Source of the DNA: an uncultured Gemmatimonadales bacterium
GTDB taxonomy: Bacteria; Gemmatimonadota; Gemmatimonadetes; Gemmatimonadales; GWC2-71-9
DNA: 64,000 nt
Assembly (NCBI GenBank): GCA_963815515.1
Contig: CAWFGP010000001.1
Location: forward strand, 586,378 to 650,377
Direction: 5' to 3'
Below the pieces are notes generated by a model that saw nothing but the letters and a program-made list of their open reading frames with translations, was not told the DNA's origin and made no database searches. The translations under genes were made by a program, and so were the position numbers. Shown here in pieces: positions 29,913-39,595 of this stretch (position 1 is the stretch's first letter; the number at the start of each line of letters is the position of its first letter).

Positions 29913-32293
29913 CGAGTCCCCTCGCGGCTCGCATCGACCGGCCGCCCTACGCGGCCGCCGGCAGCGTCATGCTGCTCGTGCTGCTCGGCTACCTCCTGAC
30001 CCTCGCGCCAGGCGTCACGTTCTGGGATGCCGGCGAGTTCATCGCCGCCGCGCGCGTGCTCGGCATTCCGCATCCGCCGGGCACGCCGCTCTACGTGATG
30101 ATCGCACATGTCTGGGGGATGCTCGTGCCGGTCGGGGAGTTCGCGGCCCGCACCAATTTCCTCAGCGCCCTCCTCAGCGCGGCCGGGGCGGGCTGCTTCT
30201 TCCTCGTCGCCCACGAGTCGTTGCGGGAGTTGGCGCCCCGTCTTCGCCTCGGCGCGGCGGCGGCAGGGGCGGTGCTCGGCGGGTTCACCTTCACCAATTG
30301 GCAGAACAGCAACGAGACCGAGGTTTACGCCGTCGCCACGTTCACGATCGGGGCCATGTCGTGGCTGGCGCTGCTGTGGCGGCGCCGGCGCGCGGAGCCA
30401 CGTGCGGGACGGCTGCTGCTGCTCATCGTCTATCTCGCCGGCATCTCGATCGGGAACCACCTGCTCGCGCTGCTGGCGGGTCCGGCCGTGATGGCGTTCC
30501 TGGTCGCGACTCTCCGCGCCGAGCCGGCCGCCGATCCCGCCGTCCGGCGGGCGGAGTGGGGGCAAGTGGCAGTCGTTGCCGGCCTCTGGGCACTGCTCAT
30601 CGGCACCGGGCTCGGCAGCACCGCCCTCACCGGCCTCGGCGCGCTGTGCTTCGTGAGCGCCGCCGTCTTCGCCGCCGCCGGTGGGGCGGGGCTCTTCGCC
30701 GTCGCCAGCCTGGTGCTCGCCCTGGTCGCAGTGACCCCCTACCTGTACCTCTACCTCCGCTCCGCGCAGCATCCGCCCATCAACGAGGCGGCGCCCGCCA
30801 CGTTTGACGCGCTGCTCGCGGTGATCCGCCGGGCCCAGTATCCGCCCCGCACGCCGTTCGACGACCCGACTTTGCCCTCGGACGCCAACAACCCGGGCCG
30901 GTCGCTCGCGCTGGTTGCCGCTCAGATCGGCGACTATGCCGTCTGGTTCGACTGGCAGTGGGCCCGCTCGCTTCGCGGGATGCTGGGACCGCTGCCAGTC
31001 CGCACGCTGGTGACGCTCGTCTTCGCGTCGCTGGGGCTCCGCGGCGCGTTCGCCCAACGGCGGCAGGACCGCGCGGCGTGGTGGCTCCTGTTCATGCTCT
31101 GGCTCGTGACGGGCTTCGGGCTCGTGGCCTACATGAACTTCCGCCCGGGCTACGATCGCTGGTTCGATCGGTGGCCGGAGCCGGGAGATCACGAGGTCCG
31201 GGAGCGCGACTACTTCTTCGTCGTGAGCTTCATCGTCTGGGGCATCTGGGCGGGCATGGGACTCGGCGCGCTGGTTCGGGCGGTGACGGCACGGGCAAGC
31301 TCACCGCGCCGGTGGGCGGGCATCACGGTCCGCGCGGCACCCGCGCTGCTCCTGCTCGCGGCGGTGCCGCCGGCGCTCAACTGGCGCGACGCCTCGCGCC
31401 GGCATGGAGCCGATGCGCGGCTGGCCGGGGACTTCGCATACGACCTGCTCAACAGCGCGCCGCCGTACGGGATCCTGTTCACCTTCGGCGACAACGACAC
31501 CTTCCCGCTCTGGTGGGCCCAGGAAGTGGCCGGTATCCGGCGCGACGTGACCGTCGTCTGCCTGGCGCTGGGCAACACCGACTGGTACATGCGCCAGCTG
31601 CGGGACGCGCCCACCCGACCGCTCGACCAGGCGGCGCTCCCGGAGGTCTGGCGCGGGCGGATCATTCCCCGCCCGACGGCCCCACTTCACACGATGACCG
31701 ATTCGATGATCCAGTCGGCGATGAACGGGTATCTGGTGCGGGGAGCCCGAGAGCTTGCGCTCGGCCCGCTGAAGCGCACCCTTGCCGACGGCGACATCCT
31801 GTACCCCAACGACATCCTGACTCTCTCGGTCATTCAGCAGAACCTCGGCCGGCGGCCGATCGTCTGGGCGGCGACGGCCGGCCGCAGCTTCGCGGGGCTC
31901 AAGGACTATGTGGTGCAGCGGGGCCTTGGCTTCGAGCTGGGGACCGCTCTGCCCGACAGCACCTCGCCTGACCTCGACCTCCACCGCTTCGCCGGCGTGC
32001 CCATCGACGTTCCCACCACGGACCGGCTGGTGTTCGACACCTACCGCTACGCAGGGCTGCTCGAGCGCGGGGCGGAGGGCCTCGAGAGTACCAGCGCCAG
32101 CGTCGCGGCCACGCTGGGGCTCCCACCGGCCCTGCTGGTCTACGCTCACGCCAGTCGCGGCGAGCCCGATCCCACGCAGCAGGCGATGCGCATGGCGACC
32201 GCGCTCTCTCCCAACCCCGACCTCCGGGCGGCGCTCCAGACCGCGGCCGATTCGGCCACTGGTCCCCTGCAAGAACGGCCCAACCTCAAGTAA
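29909..32293 (+). CDS. DUF2723-family polytopic membrane protein (glycosyltransferase-like)
   Basis: ATG 29909 (ATGA overlap with the cdaA stop). LGYLLTLAPGVTFWDAGEFIAAARVLGIPHPPGTPLYVM is the DUF2723 N-terminal signature, followed by more than 10 TM segments and a large C-terminal soluble domain. The 1219-aa ORF in the track is a read-through of this frame. Confidence 0.7.
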   Translation: MTSPLAARIDRPPYAAAGSVMLLVLLGYLLTLAPGVTFWDAGEFIAAARVLGIPHPPGTPLYVMIAHVWGMLVPVGEFAARTNFLSALLSAAGAGCFFLVAHESLRELAPRLRLGAAAAGAVLGGFTFTNWQNSNETEVYAVATFTIGAMSWLALLWRRRRAEPRAGRLLLLIVYLAGISIGNHLLALLAGPAVMAFLVATLRAEPAADPAVRRAEWGQVAVVAGLWALLIGTGLGSTALTGLGALCFVSAAVFAAAGGAGLFAVASLVLALVAVTPYLYLYLRSAQHPPINEAAPATFDALLAVIRRAQYPPRTPFDDPTLPSDANNPGRSLALVAAQIGDYAVWFDWQWARSLRGMLGPLPVRTLVTLVFASLGLRGAFAQRRQDRAAWWLLFMLWLVTGFGLVAYMNFRPGYDRWFDRWPEPGDHEVRERDYFFVVSFIVWGIWAGMGLGALVRAVTARASSPRRWAGITVRAAPALLLLAAVPPALNWRDASRRHGADARLAGDFAYDLLNSAPPYGILFTFGDNDTFPLWWAQEVAGIRRDVTVVCLALGNTDWYMRQLRDAPTRPLDQAALPEVWRGRIIPRPTAPLHTMTDSMIQSAMNGYLVRGARELALGPLKRTLADGDILYPNDILTLSVIQQNLGRRPIVWAATAGRSFAGLKDYVVQRGLGFELGTALPDSTSPDLDLHRFAGVPIDVPTTDRLVFDTYRYAGLLERGAEGLESTSASVAATLGLPPALLVYAHASRGEPDPTQQAMRMATALSPNPDLRAALQTAADSATGPLQERPNLK

Positions 32294-32304
32294 ATTCCAA
32301 GGCT

Positions 32305-32988
32305 ATGGACTTCCCGGCCCTCCCCGGCAGTCTCGCCCGGGTCCGTGAGGCCGTGGCGACCCACCAGGCTGTAGGCGGTTGGGCCCACCCGGTGCGGATC
32401 GTCGCGGTCACCAAGACCCACGGACCCGAGGCGGTGAGGGCCGCCGTAGCCGCGGGCCTGACCGACGTGGGGGAGAACCGCGTCCAGGAAGCCATGGAGA
32501 AGCAGGATGCGCTGGCCGGTGTCCGCGTCGACTGGCATCTGATCGGCACGCTCCAGCGGAACAAGGCGCGCCACGCGGCGGGACGCTTTGCCCTGATCCA
32601 TTCGGTGGACCGGCTCGACCTGGCGGCGGAGCTCGACCGCCGCACCGCCGAGGGCGCTCGTCAGGCCGTGCTCGTCCAGGTCAACTGCAGCGACGAGCCG
32701 CAGAAGGGCGGGGTAGAACCCGCCGGCCTGCCGGCGCTGCTCGACGCGGTCGGGAGCCTTGCCCGCCTCGAGATGCGCGGACTCATGACGATGAGTGCGT
32801 TGACCGACGATGTCGCCGAGCAGCGGCGGGCCTTCCACCGCCTCCGCGAGCTGCGGGACGCGGGAGAGCGCTCCGGCCATCGGCTGCCCGAGCTGTCGAT
32901 GGGCATGTCGGGCGACTTCACAGTGGCGGTGGAAGAGGGCGCGACGATGATCAGGCTCGGAACCCTGCTGTTCGGGGAGCGCGAATGA
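32305..32988 (+). CDS. yggS: YggS-family pyridoxal-phosphate homeostasis protein
   Basis: VRIVAVTKTH, GENRVQEAMEK, WHLIGTLQRNKARH and LSMGMSGDF..AVEEGATMIRLGTLLFG. Confidence 0.9.
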   Translation: MDFPALPGSLARVREAVATHQAVGGWAHPVRIVAVTKTHGPEAVRAAVAAGLTDVGENRVQEAMEKQDALAGVRVDWHLIGTLQRNKARHAAGRFALIHSVDRLDLAAELDRRTAEGARQAVLVQVNCSDEPQKGGVEPAGLPALLDAVGSLARLEMRGLMTMSALTDDVAEQRRAFHRLRELRDAGERSGHRLPELSMGMSGDFTVAVEEGATMIRLGTLLFGERE

Positions 32989-33818
32989 CGGTAGCAGAGT
33001 CGCTGTACGATCGGGTGCAGTCCGCGGCCGCGGTGGTGCGCGGGCGGAGCGCACTCGTGCCCGAGATCGGGATCATTCTCGGTACCGGCCTGGGCGGGCT
33101 CGCGCGCGAGATCGCGGTGGACGCCGAGGTGCCGTACGGCGAGATCCCTGGCTTCCCGCTCTCCACCGTCGAGACCCATGCCGGCCGGCTGCTGCTCGGC
33201 CGGCTAGGCGGCCGGCCCGTCGCGGCCATGCAGGGTCGGTTCCACCGGTACGAGGGGTATGACCTGCAGCAGGTCACCTTCCCGGTGCGCGTGCTGCACG
33301 CGCTCGGCGCCCGCACGCTGGTCGTGTCGAACGCGTGCGGCGGCATGAACCCGCTCTGGGGTCCGGGCGACCTGGTGCTCCTGAGCGATCATATCAACCT
33401 GCTTGGCGACAACCCGCTGGTCGGCCCGAACGACGAGCGCCTGGGCCCCCGCTTCCCGGATATGTCGGCCCCGTACGACCCCGAGCTCCGGATGCTCGCG
33501 CGGAAGGCCGCGCTCGAGCTCGGCATCGTGCTGCGCGAGGGCGTCTACGTCGCGGTGCCCGGCCCCAACCTCGAGACCCGGGCCGAATACCGGATGCTGC
33601 GCGCCCTGGGCGCCGACGTGGTCGGCATGTCCACCGTGCCCGAGGTGATCGTCGCGGGGCATGAGGGGATGCGAACCGTCGGCATCTCGATCATCACCGA
33701 CCAGTGCCTGCCCGACGCCCTCGAACCGGCCGACATCGGCCGGATCATCGCGACCGCCGGCCGGGCGGAGCCGCAGCTCACGCGGCTCATCACCACGCTG
33801 GTGGAGCGGGCGGCCTGA
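32985..33818 (+). CDS. purine nucleoside phosphorylase (trimeric PNP family)
   Basis: ATG 32985 (ATGA overlap). GIILGTGLGGLA, GRFHRYEGY, VSNACGGMNP, GPRFPDMS and PNLETRAEYRMLRALGADVVGMSTVPEV. Confidence 0.9.
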   Translation: MTVAESLYDRVQSAAAVVRGRSALVPEIGIILGTGLGGLAREIAVDAEVPYGEIPGFPLSTVETHAGRLLLGRLGGRPVAAMQGRFHRYEGYDLQQVTFPVRVLHALGARTLVVSNACGGMNPLWGPGDLVLLSDHINLLGDNPLVGPNDERLGPRFPDMSAPYDPELRMLARKAALELGIVLREGVYVAVPGPNLETRAEYRMLRALGADVVGMSTVPEVIVAGHEGMRTVGISIITDQCLPDALEPADIGRIIATAGRAEPQLTRLITTLVERAA

Positions 33819-36800
33819 TGGCATATCCGTCCTGGCCCGATCTCGGCGCCGACCAGCTCGAGCAGCAGCTGCTCGCGCGGTGGAAGGCCGAAGGTCTGTT
33901 CCGGCAGACCCTCGAGGCCGGTCGCGGCGGGCCGCCGTTCGTGTTCTACGAGGGCCCCCCCACCGCCAACGGCCGGCCGGGCATCCACCACGTCTTCGCG
34001 CGGACGATCAAGGACCTGATCTGCCGATACCACGCGATGCTGGGCCAGGAGGTCACCCGCATCGCGGGCTGGGACACCCACGGCCTGCCCGTCGAGATCG
34101 AGGTCGAGAAGGAGCTCAAGCTCAACGGCAAGAAGGAAATCGAGCGGTTCGGCGTGGCCGAGTTCAACGCCCGCGCGCGCGCCAGCGTCTTCAAGTACCA
34201 GAGCGACTGGGAGACGCTGTCCGACCGGATCGGCTACTGGCTCGACTACGAGCACCCGTACGTCACGTGCAGCAAGGAGTACATCGAGACGGTGTGGTGG
34301 CTGCTCCGGCGGCTGCGCGAGCGCGATCTGCTCTATCGCGGTCACCGCGTGCTGCCGTACTGCCCCCGGTGCGGCACGGTGCTCTCGAGCCACGAACTGG
34401 CGCTCGGCTACGAGGAGGTCACCACCAATTCGGTGTACGTGACCTTCCCGCTCGCCGACGACCCGTCGCGCCAGCTGCTCGATCTGGACCACGACGCCCT
34501 GGACGCTCCTGAGCAACGTCGCCGTGGCGGCGAGCCCCGACCTCGAGTACGGCGAATACCAGGTGGGCGACCGGCGCCTGATCATGGCCACCGCCCGCGC
34601 GGGGAAGCTCCCGAGCAGCAGCGCCAAGGGCGCGCCGACCTTCGCGGAGCTGGGCGCGGTGCGCACGTTCCCCGGACGTGAGCTTGCCGGGCTCCGGTAT
34701 CTGCGCCCGCTCGAGGTCGTGCCGCTGCCCGATGACCGGGCGTCTCGTCTGGTCGTGATCGGCGATTTCGTCTCGGCGGACGACGGCTCGGGGCTGGTCC
34801 ACATGGCGCCCGCCTTCGGCGCCGACGACTACCAGGCCGGCATCGAGCACGGCCTGGCGCTGGTGCGTCCGGTCGCGGCCGACGGCACGCTCTTCGGGAC
34901 CACCTGGCCGGAGATCGAGGGCCGCCTGGTCACCGCCCGCGAGACCAACGACCTCATCATCCACCGGCTCAAGCAGGATGGCCGCTGGCACCTGACGTCG
35001 CCGCACACGCACACCTATCCGCATTGCTGGCGCTGCTCGAGCCCGCTGATCTACTACGCGCGCGACAGCTGGTTCGTGCGCACGTCGGCGGTCAAGGACC
35101 GGATGCTGGCGCTCAATGGCCAGGTGGACTGGCACCCGCCCGAGGTGGGCGCCGGCCGCTTCGGCGAGTGGCTCGAGAACAACGTCGACTGGGCGCTCTC
35201 GCGCGACCGGTACTGGGGCACGCCGCTGCCGGTGTGGGTGTGCGACCACGACCCGGCGCACGTCCAGGTGATCGGGAGCTACGCCGAGCTCGCCAAGCAG
35301 TGGGGCCGGCCGCTGCCCGACGACTTCGACCCCCACAAGCCGCACATCGACGGCTACACCTGGCAGTGCTCGTGCGGCGGCACCCTGCGCCGGGCGCCCG
35401 AGGTCATCGACACCTGGTTCGACTCGGGCTCGATGCCCTACGCCCAGTGGCACTACCCGTTCGAGCACGAGGCCGAGTTCGCGGCCCACTTCCCGGCGGA
35501 CTACATCTGCGAGGGCGTCGACCAGACACGCGGCTGGTTCTACTCGCTGCTGGCCATCGCCACCACGGCGTTCGACAGCACGGCCTACAGGCACGTCATC
35601 GTGAACGACATGGTCCTCGACGCCGAGGGCCAGAAGATGTCCAAGACCAAGGGCAACGTCGTCAACCCGTGGACGATGATCGAAGAGTTCGGCGCCGATA
35701 CCGTGCGGCTCTATCTGCTCGCGTCGAGCCAGGTGTGGCTGCCCAAGCGGTTCGACAAGAGCACCATCAAGGACGTCGCGGGCAAGTTCTTCAACGCGCT
35801 CCGGAACAGCTACGGCTTCTTCGGGCTGTACGCCGGCGACTGGACGCCGGCCGGCGCGCCGGCCGCGGCCGAGCGGCCACTGGTCGATCGCTGGCTTCTG
35901 AGCCGGCTCGACGCGACCGTCGTAGCGGTGGGCGCGTCCTGGGCCCAGTACGATCCGACCGACGGCGTCCGCGCGCTCATGGAGTTCGTGGTCGACGACA
36001 TGAGCCAGTGGTACGTGCGCGCCAACCGGTCGCGGTTCTGGGCGGTCGACGGGTCAGCCGATCCGGCGGCGCTCGCGACGCTGTATGAAGCCCTCCAGAC
36101 GGTCAGCCGGCTCCTGGCCCCAGCCGCGCCGTTCGCGAGCGACTGGCTCCACCGGGCCCTGGCGGGAACTTCGGTGCACCTCGCCCGGTTTCCCGAAGCT
36201 GCGGTCCGCCGCGAGCCCGCGCTCGAGGCGGCGATGGACGCCGTGCGGCGGCTCGCCTCGCTGGCGCACGGCGCCCGGCAGGACCGGAAGCTCCCGGTGC
36301 GGCAGCCACTCGCTCGCCTGCAGGTGGCCGTGCCGGCGGCGGTGCGGGGGCCCGCGCTGGACGAATTGCTCGAGTTGCTCCGGCTCGAGGTGAACGTGAA
36401 GGCGGTCGAGGTGGTCGGCTCGGATGCGGAGCTGGTCCGGCTCCGGGCCAAGCCCAACTTCCGGACACTCGGGAAGCGGTACGGCAAGCGGACGCCGGTG
36501 ATCGCCACGGCCGCGGCCGGCCTCACGGCCGAGCAGCTCCGCGGGCTCGAGCAGGGGCAGGACGCCACGCTCGAAGTAGACGGCGAGGCAGTGAGCTTCC
36601 TGCCGGAGGACGTCGTCGTCGAGCGTGAGGTCACGAGCGACTGGCTGGTGGCGAGCGACGGACCCTTCGTCATCGCCCTCGATCCGCATCTCACCGACGC
36701 GCTCCGCCACGAGGGCACGGCGCGCGAGGTCGTGAACCGGATCCAGCGGCTCCGCAAGGAGGCCGGCTACGTCTACACCGACCGGATCGGCGTCTGGATG

Positions 36801-37013
36801 GACGGTGGCCCGGCCGTGCTCGAAGCGGCCCGCGCTCACGCCGACTTCATCCGGGGCGAGACCCTGGCCCGGCGGCTCGAAATCGGCTCGCGAGCGCCGG
36901 CGCCGGATCTGGAGCAACAGGTCGACATCGATGGCCAGGGAGTGGTGGTGGGAGTGCAGCGCGACAGGGACGGCCGGACCGGGAACGGTCCTCAACCCAC
37001 GGACAGGGTATGA
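33818..37013 (+). pseudogene. ileS: isoleucine--tRNA ligase interrupted by a 1-nt frameshift near 34481-34484 (true pseudogene or assembly error)
   Basis: The N-terminal fragment (frame of ORF 33704-34681) carries PPTANGRPGIHHVFARTIKD (HIGH). The frame breaks after ...DDPSRQLL. The conserved WTTTPWTLLSNVAVAASPDLEY continues in the +1 frame (ORF 34524-37013), which also has KMSKTKGN (KMSKS) and the editing and anticodon-binding regions. Confidence 0.85.
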
Positions 37014-37393
37014 ACAAGAAACAGTTGACACACCTGGAGAAGCGTCTCCTCGAGGAACGGGCCCGCGTCATGAAGGAGCTGGGCTATTACGACGAGTCGT
37101 TCAATGCGACGCTCCAGTCGTCCGACGGCGATCTTTCGTCGTATTCCTTCCACATGGCCGATCAGGGCACCGACGCCATGGAGCGCGAGAAACAGTTCCT
37201 GTTCGCGTCGCAGGAGGGCCGCTATCTCTGGCACGTGAACGAGGCGCTCCGGCGGATGTACGGAACCCCGGAGAAATTCGGCCATTGCCATCAGTGCGGT
37301 CAGGAGATCAACTTCGAGCGGCTGGATGCGCTGCCGCACGCGCGGCTGTGCATCACCTGCAAAGAGAAAGAGGAAGATGGCAAGCGCCGCTGA
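37010..37393 (+). CDS. DksA/TraR-family C4 zinc-finger protein
   Basis: 127 aa. CHQCGQEINFERLDALPHARLCITC is the four-Cys finger. The ATG overlaps the ileS stop (ATGA). Confidence 0.8.
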   Translation: MNKKQLTHLEKRLLEERARVMKELGYYDESFNATLQSSDGDLSSYSFHMADQGTDAMEREKQFLFASQEGRYLWHVNEALRRMYGTPEKFGHCHQCGQEINFERLDALPHARLCITCKEKEEDGKRR

Positions 37394-37907
37394 CGTTGAA
37401 GCGCCTGGCGCCGAACGCCGGGTGTTCTGGGCGGCGGCGATGGTCACCGTGGGGCTCGATCTGGTCACCAAGCTGATCGCCGAGGCCACGCTGCTCCGTA
37501 CTCCGGGGATCTCGGTGGTGGGCGACTGGTTCCAGCTCCGCCTGGTGTACAACCAGGGCGCCGCCTTCGGCCTGCACGTGGGTCCCTACTCCCGCTGGAT
37601 CTTCTTCGCGGTCGCGCTCGTCGCGGTGTTCGTGCTGGCGCGGATGTCTCGGAGCGCGCCCGTGGGCGATCGCTTCCGGCAGCTCGCCCTGGGCCTGGTG
37701 GCGGGTGGCGCGGCCGGCAATCTGATCGACCGGATCCGGAGCAGCCGCGGCGTCGTCGACTTCCTCGACGTCGGCATCGGCGCGCTCCGCTGGCCGACCT
37801 TCAACGTGGCCGACATCGCCGTCAGCTGCGGCGCCATCGCCCTCGCGATCTCTCTCTGGCGGGAGGATGCCCACCGCCCCGAACCGGAGTCGGCCTCGGC
37901 TGCCTGA
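37377..37907 (+). CDS. lspA: lipoprotein signal peptidase II
   Basis: ATG 37377. LDLVTKL, LVYNQGAAFG, AGGAAGNLIDRI and VVDFLDV...WPTFNVADIAV. Confidence 0.9.
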   Translation: MASAADVEAPGAERRVFWAAAMVTVGLDLVTKLIAEATLLRTPGISVVGDWFQLRLVYNQGAAFGLHVGPYSRWIFFAVALVAVFVLARMSRSAPVGDRFRQLALGLVAGGAAGNLIDRIRSSRGVVDFLDVGIGALRWPTFNVADIAVSCGAIALAISLWREDAHRPEPESASAA

Positions 37908-38904
37908 GCTGAGCTTCACGGTCGCCGCCGAGGCGACCGAGCGTCTCGACCGGTTCCTCGCCGACCAGCTGGGCCTCTCCCGCACGCAGGCCGCCCGCCT
38001 GGTGGCGCAGAAGGCAGTAGACGTCGAAGGCAAGACCGCGCGTGCCTCCCGGCTCCTCGCCCGCGGGGAGCGCGTGACCGTCCGGATTCCCGACTTCGAG
38101 CCACCCCGCACGCTCCAGCCCGCCAGCATCGCGCTCACCGTCGTCTTCGAGGACGAGCACCTGGCCGTGATCGACAAGCCGGCCGGCCTGGTGGTGCACC
38201 CCGCCCCGGGCCACTGGGACGACACGCTCGTGAACGCGCTGGTGGCCCGGGGGACGACGCTGTCGGGAGGCGCCGAAGGCCGACCCGGCATCGTGCACCG
38301 GCTGGATCGCGATACCTCCGGGCTCATGGTCGTGGCCAAGACCGACCTGGCCCACCGCCGGCTGGGGACGGCGATCGCCGCGCGGCGGGTGCGGCGCACC
38401 TACGCGGCCCTGGCCTGGGGTCACCTCGACGCCAGCCCGACGGTGATCGAGGCGGCGATCGCCCGTCACCCGCAGGACCGGAAACGGATGACCGTCACGA
38501 CCGCCGGCAGGGCCGCGCGGACCGACGCCTTCGTCGTTGGCCGCTTCGGGGTCGCGGACCTGCTCCGGCTGGAGCTCCACACCGGGCGCACTCACCAGAT
38601 CCGGGTCCACCTCCAGCACCTGGGTCACCCCATCGTGGGCGATCCGGTGTACGCCGGGGGCGGGAGTCGGCGCATCTCCGGACCGGCCCGCCGGTCGGCC
38701 GAAGCACTGGAGCGGGCCACCCCTCGGCAGGCGCTGCATGCGGCTGCTCTGGCATTCCGCCACCCCGCCACGGGCGAACCGGTCGAGTTCCGCTCCGAAT
38801 GGCCCTCCGATCTGCGCCCGGCACTCCTCGCAGTGGGTGGCGAAGACTTGGTTGCTCGCCCTGACCCCCTTGGCTATCTTCTGTTCTTCAATAGAGATGG
38901 CTAA
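37867..38904 (+). CDS. rluD: RluA-family 23S rRNA pseudouridine synthase (RluD-like)
   Basis: S4 domain RLDRFLADQLGLSRTQAARLV, the catalytic GIVHRLDRDTSGLMVVAKT, and HQIRVHLQHLGHPIVGDPVY. Confidence 0.9.
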   Translation: MPTAPNRSRPRLPELSFTVAAEATERLDRFLADQLGLSRTQAARLVAQKAVDVEGKTARASRLLARGERVTVRIPDFEPPRTLQPASIALTVVFEDEHLAVIDKPAGLVVHPAPGHWDDTLVNALVARGTTLSGGAEGRPGIVHRLDRDTSGLMVVAKTDLAHRRLGTAIAARRVRRTYAALAWGHLDASPTVIEAAIARHPQDRKRMTVTTAGRAARTDAFVVGRFGVADLLRLELHTGRTHQIRVHLQHLGHPIVGDPVYAGGGSRRISGPARRSAEALERATPRQALHAAALAFRHPATGEPVEFRSEWPSDLRPALLAVGGEDLVARPDPLGYLLFFNRDG

Positions 38905-39334
38905 CTCCCCGACGCTGCACGCCGTCATTTTTCGCATCGGTGCGCTTATTTGCGCTGCCCCGGCAGGGATCGTGCGTGAGATCCTGCCACGCCTCCCGGC
39001 CACTCGCATCCCCGGGGTGGCGGAAGCGATCGAAGGGCTGGTCAACGTCCGAGGGACCCTGCTCACCGTGCTCGATGGCCATGTGCTCCTCCAGCAGTCG
39101 CGCTGCGAGGACGACGAGGGGGCCATCGTGGTCGTCGAAGTGGCGGGCCGCCGGTACGGCATCGGCGTCGGCCAGGTGATCGACTTCCTCGAGGTTCCCG
39201 AGCACGCGGTCGCCGAGCGGTCGGATCTGCCCGGGATCGACCCGCGGCTCGTCAAGGCGGTCGGAATCCGGGACGGACAGCACTTCATCCTGCTCGACAT
39301 CGATGCGCTGGTGGCGCCGATCATCGGCAGCTGA
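38897..39334 (+). CDS. cheW: CheW-like coupling protein
   Basis: ATG 38897 (8-nt overlap with the rluD end). 145 aa: VIFRIGALICAAPAGIVREILP...IEGLVNVRGTLLTVLDG...VVEVAGRRYGIGVGQVIDFLEV, a CheW fold pattern. Confidence 0.75.
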   Translation: MANSPTLHAVIFRIGALICAAPAGIVREILPRLPATRIPGVAEAIEGLVNVRGTLLTVLDGHVLLQQSRCEDDEGAIVVVEVAGRRYGIGVGQVIDFLEVPEHAVAERSDLPGIDPRLVKAVGIRDGQHFILLDIDALVAPIIGS

Positions 39335-39356
39335 ATTCGAGACCGTCTGCCGATAG

Positions 39357-39430
39357 TAGCAGGAACGCCGTGTAGCAGGAACGCCGAGTAGCAGGAACGC
39401 CGAGGACCAGGAACGCCGAGTACCAGGACG
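39357..39430. repeat. 16-nt tandem repeat, about 4.6 copies (TAGCAGGAACGCCGnG; the last copies degenerate to GACCAGGAACGCCG / TACCAGGACG)
   Basis: Units start at 39357, 39373, 39389, 39405 and 39421, read directly from the sequence. Confidence 0.9.
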
Positions 39431-39495
39431 TCATCCTGAGCGCAGCGAAGGAGCCGCAACCCGACGCCTGGCGCCTTCGCTTCGCTCAGGCTGAC
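39430..39495. repeat. REP-like palindromic element, copy 1 (GTCATCCTGAGCGCAGCGAAGG ... CCTTCGCTTCGCTCAGGCTGAC)
   Basis: 17-bp arms at 39435-39451 and 39474-39490 pair with one mismatch around a 22-nt loop. The right arm is identical to that of the copy at 62728-62744. Confidence 0.85.
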
Positions 39496-39497
39496 TT

Positions 39498-39548
39498 GAG
39501 ATGGCCCGACTCGAGATAGCCCGACCGAGATAGCCCGACTCGCATAGC
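39498..39548. repeat. 14-15-nt tandem repeat, about 3 copies (GAGATrGCCCGAC)
   Basis: GAGATGGCCCGAC at 39498, GAGATAGCCCGAC at 39513 and 39527, then a partial TCGCATAGC. Confidence 0.8.
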
Positions 39549-39561
39549 TACGCCGCACGAA

Positions 39562-39595
39562 TCACCCGGAACTGCACGTCACCCGGAACTGCACG
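39562..39595. repeat. exact 17-nt tandem duplication (TCACCCGGAACTGCACG x2) directly upstream of the cheY ribosome-binding site
   Basis: Copies at 39562-39578 and 39579-39595, followed by GAGGGGG and GTG 39606. Confidence 0.9.

Noticed and set aside
39357-39595. Possible CRISPR array in the cheW-cheY spacer
   Set aside because: The repeats (13-17 nt) are directly abutting tandem units with no unique spacers of regular length. Three unrelated repeat families are involved, and there are no cas genes.
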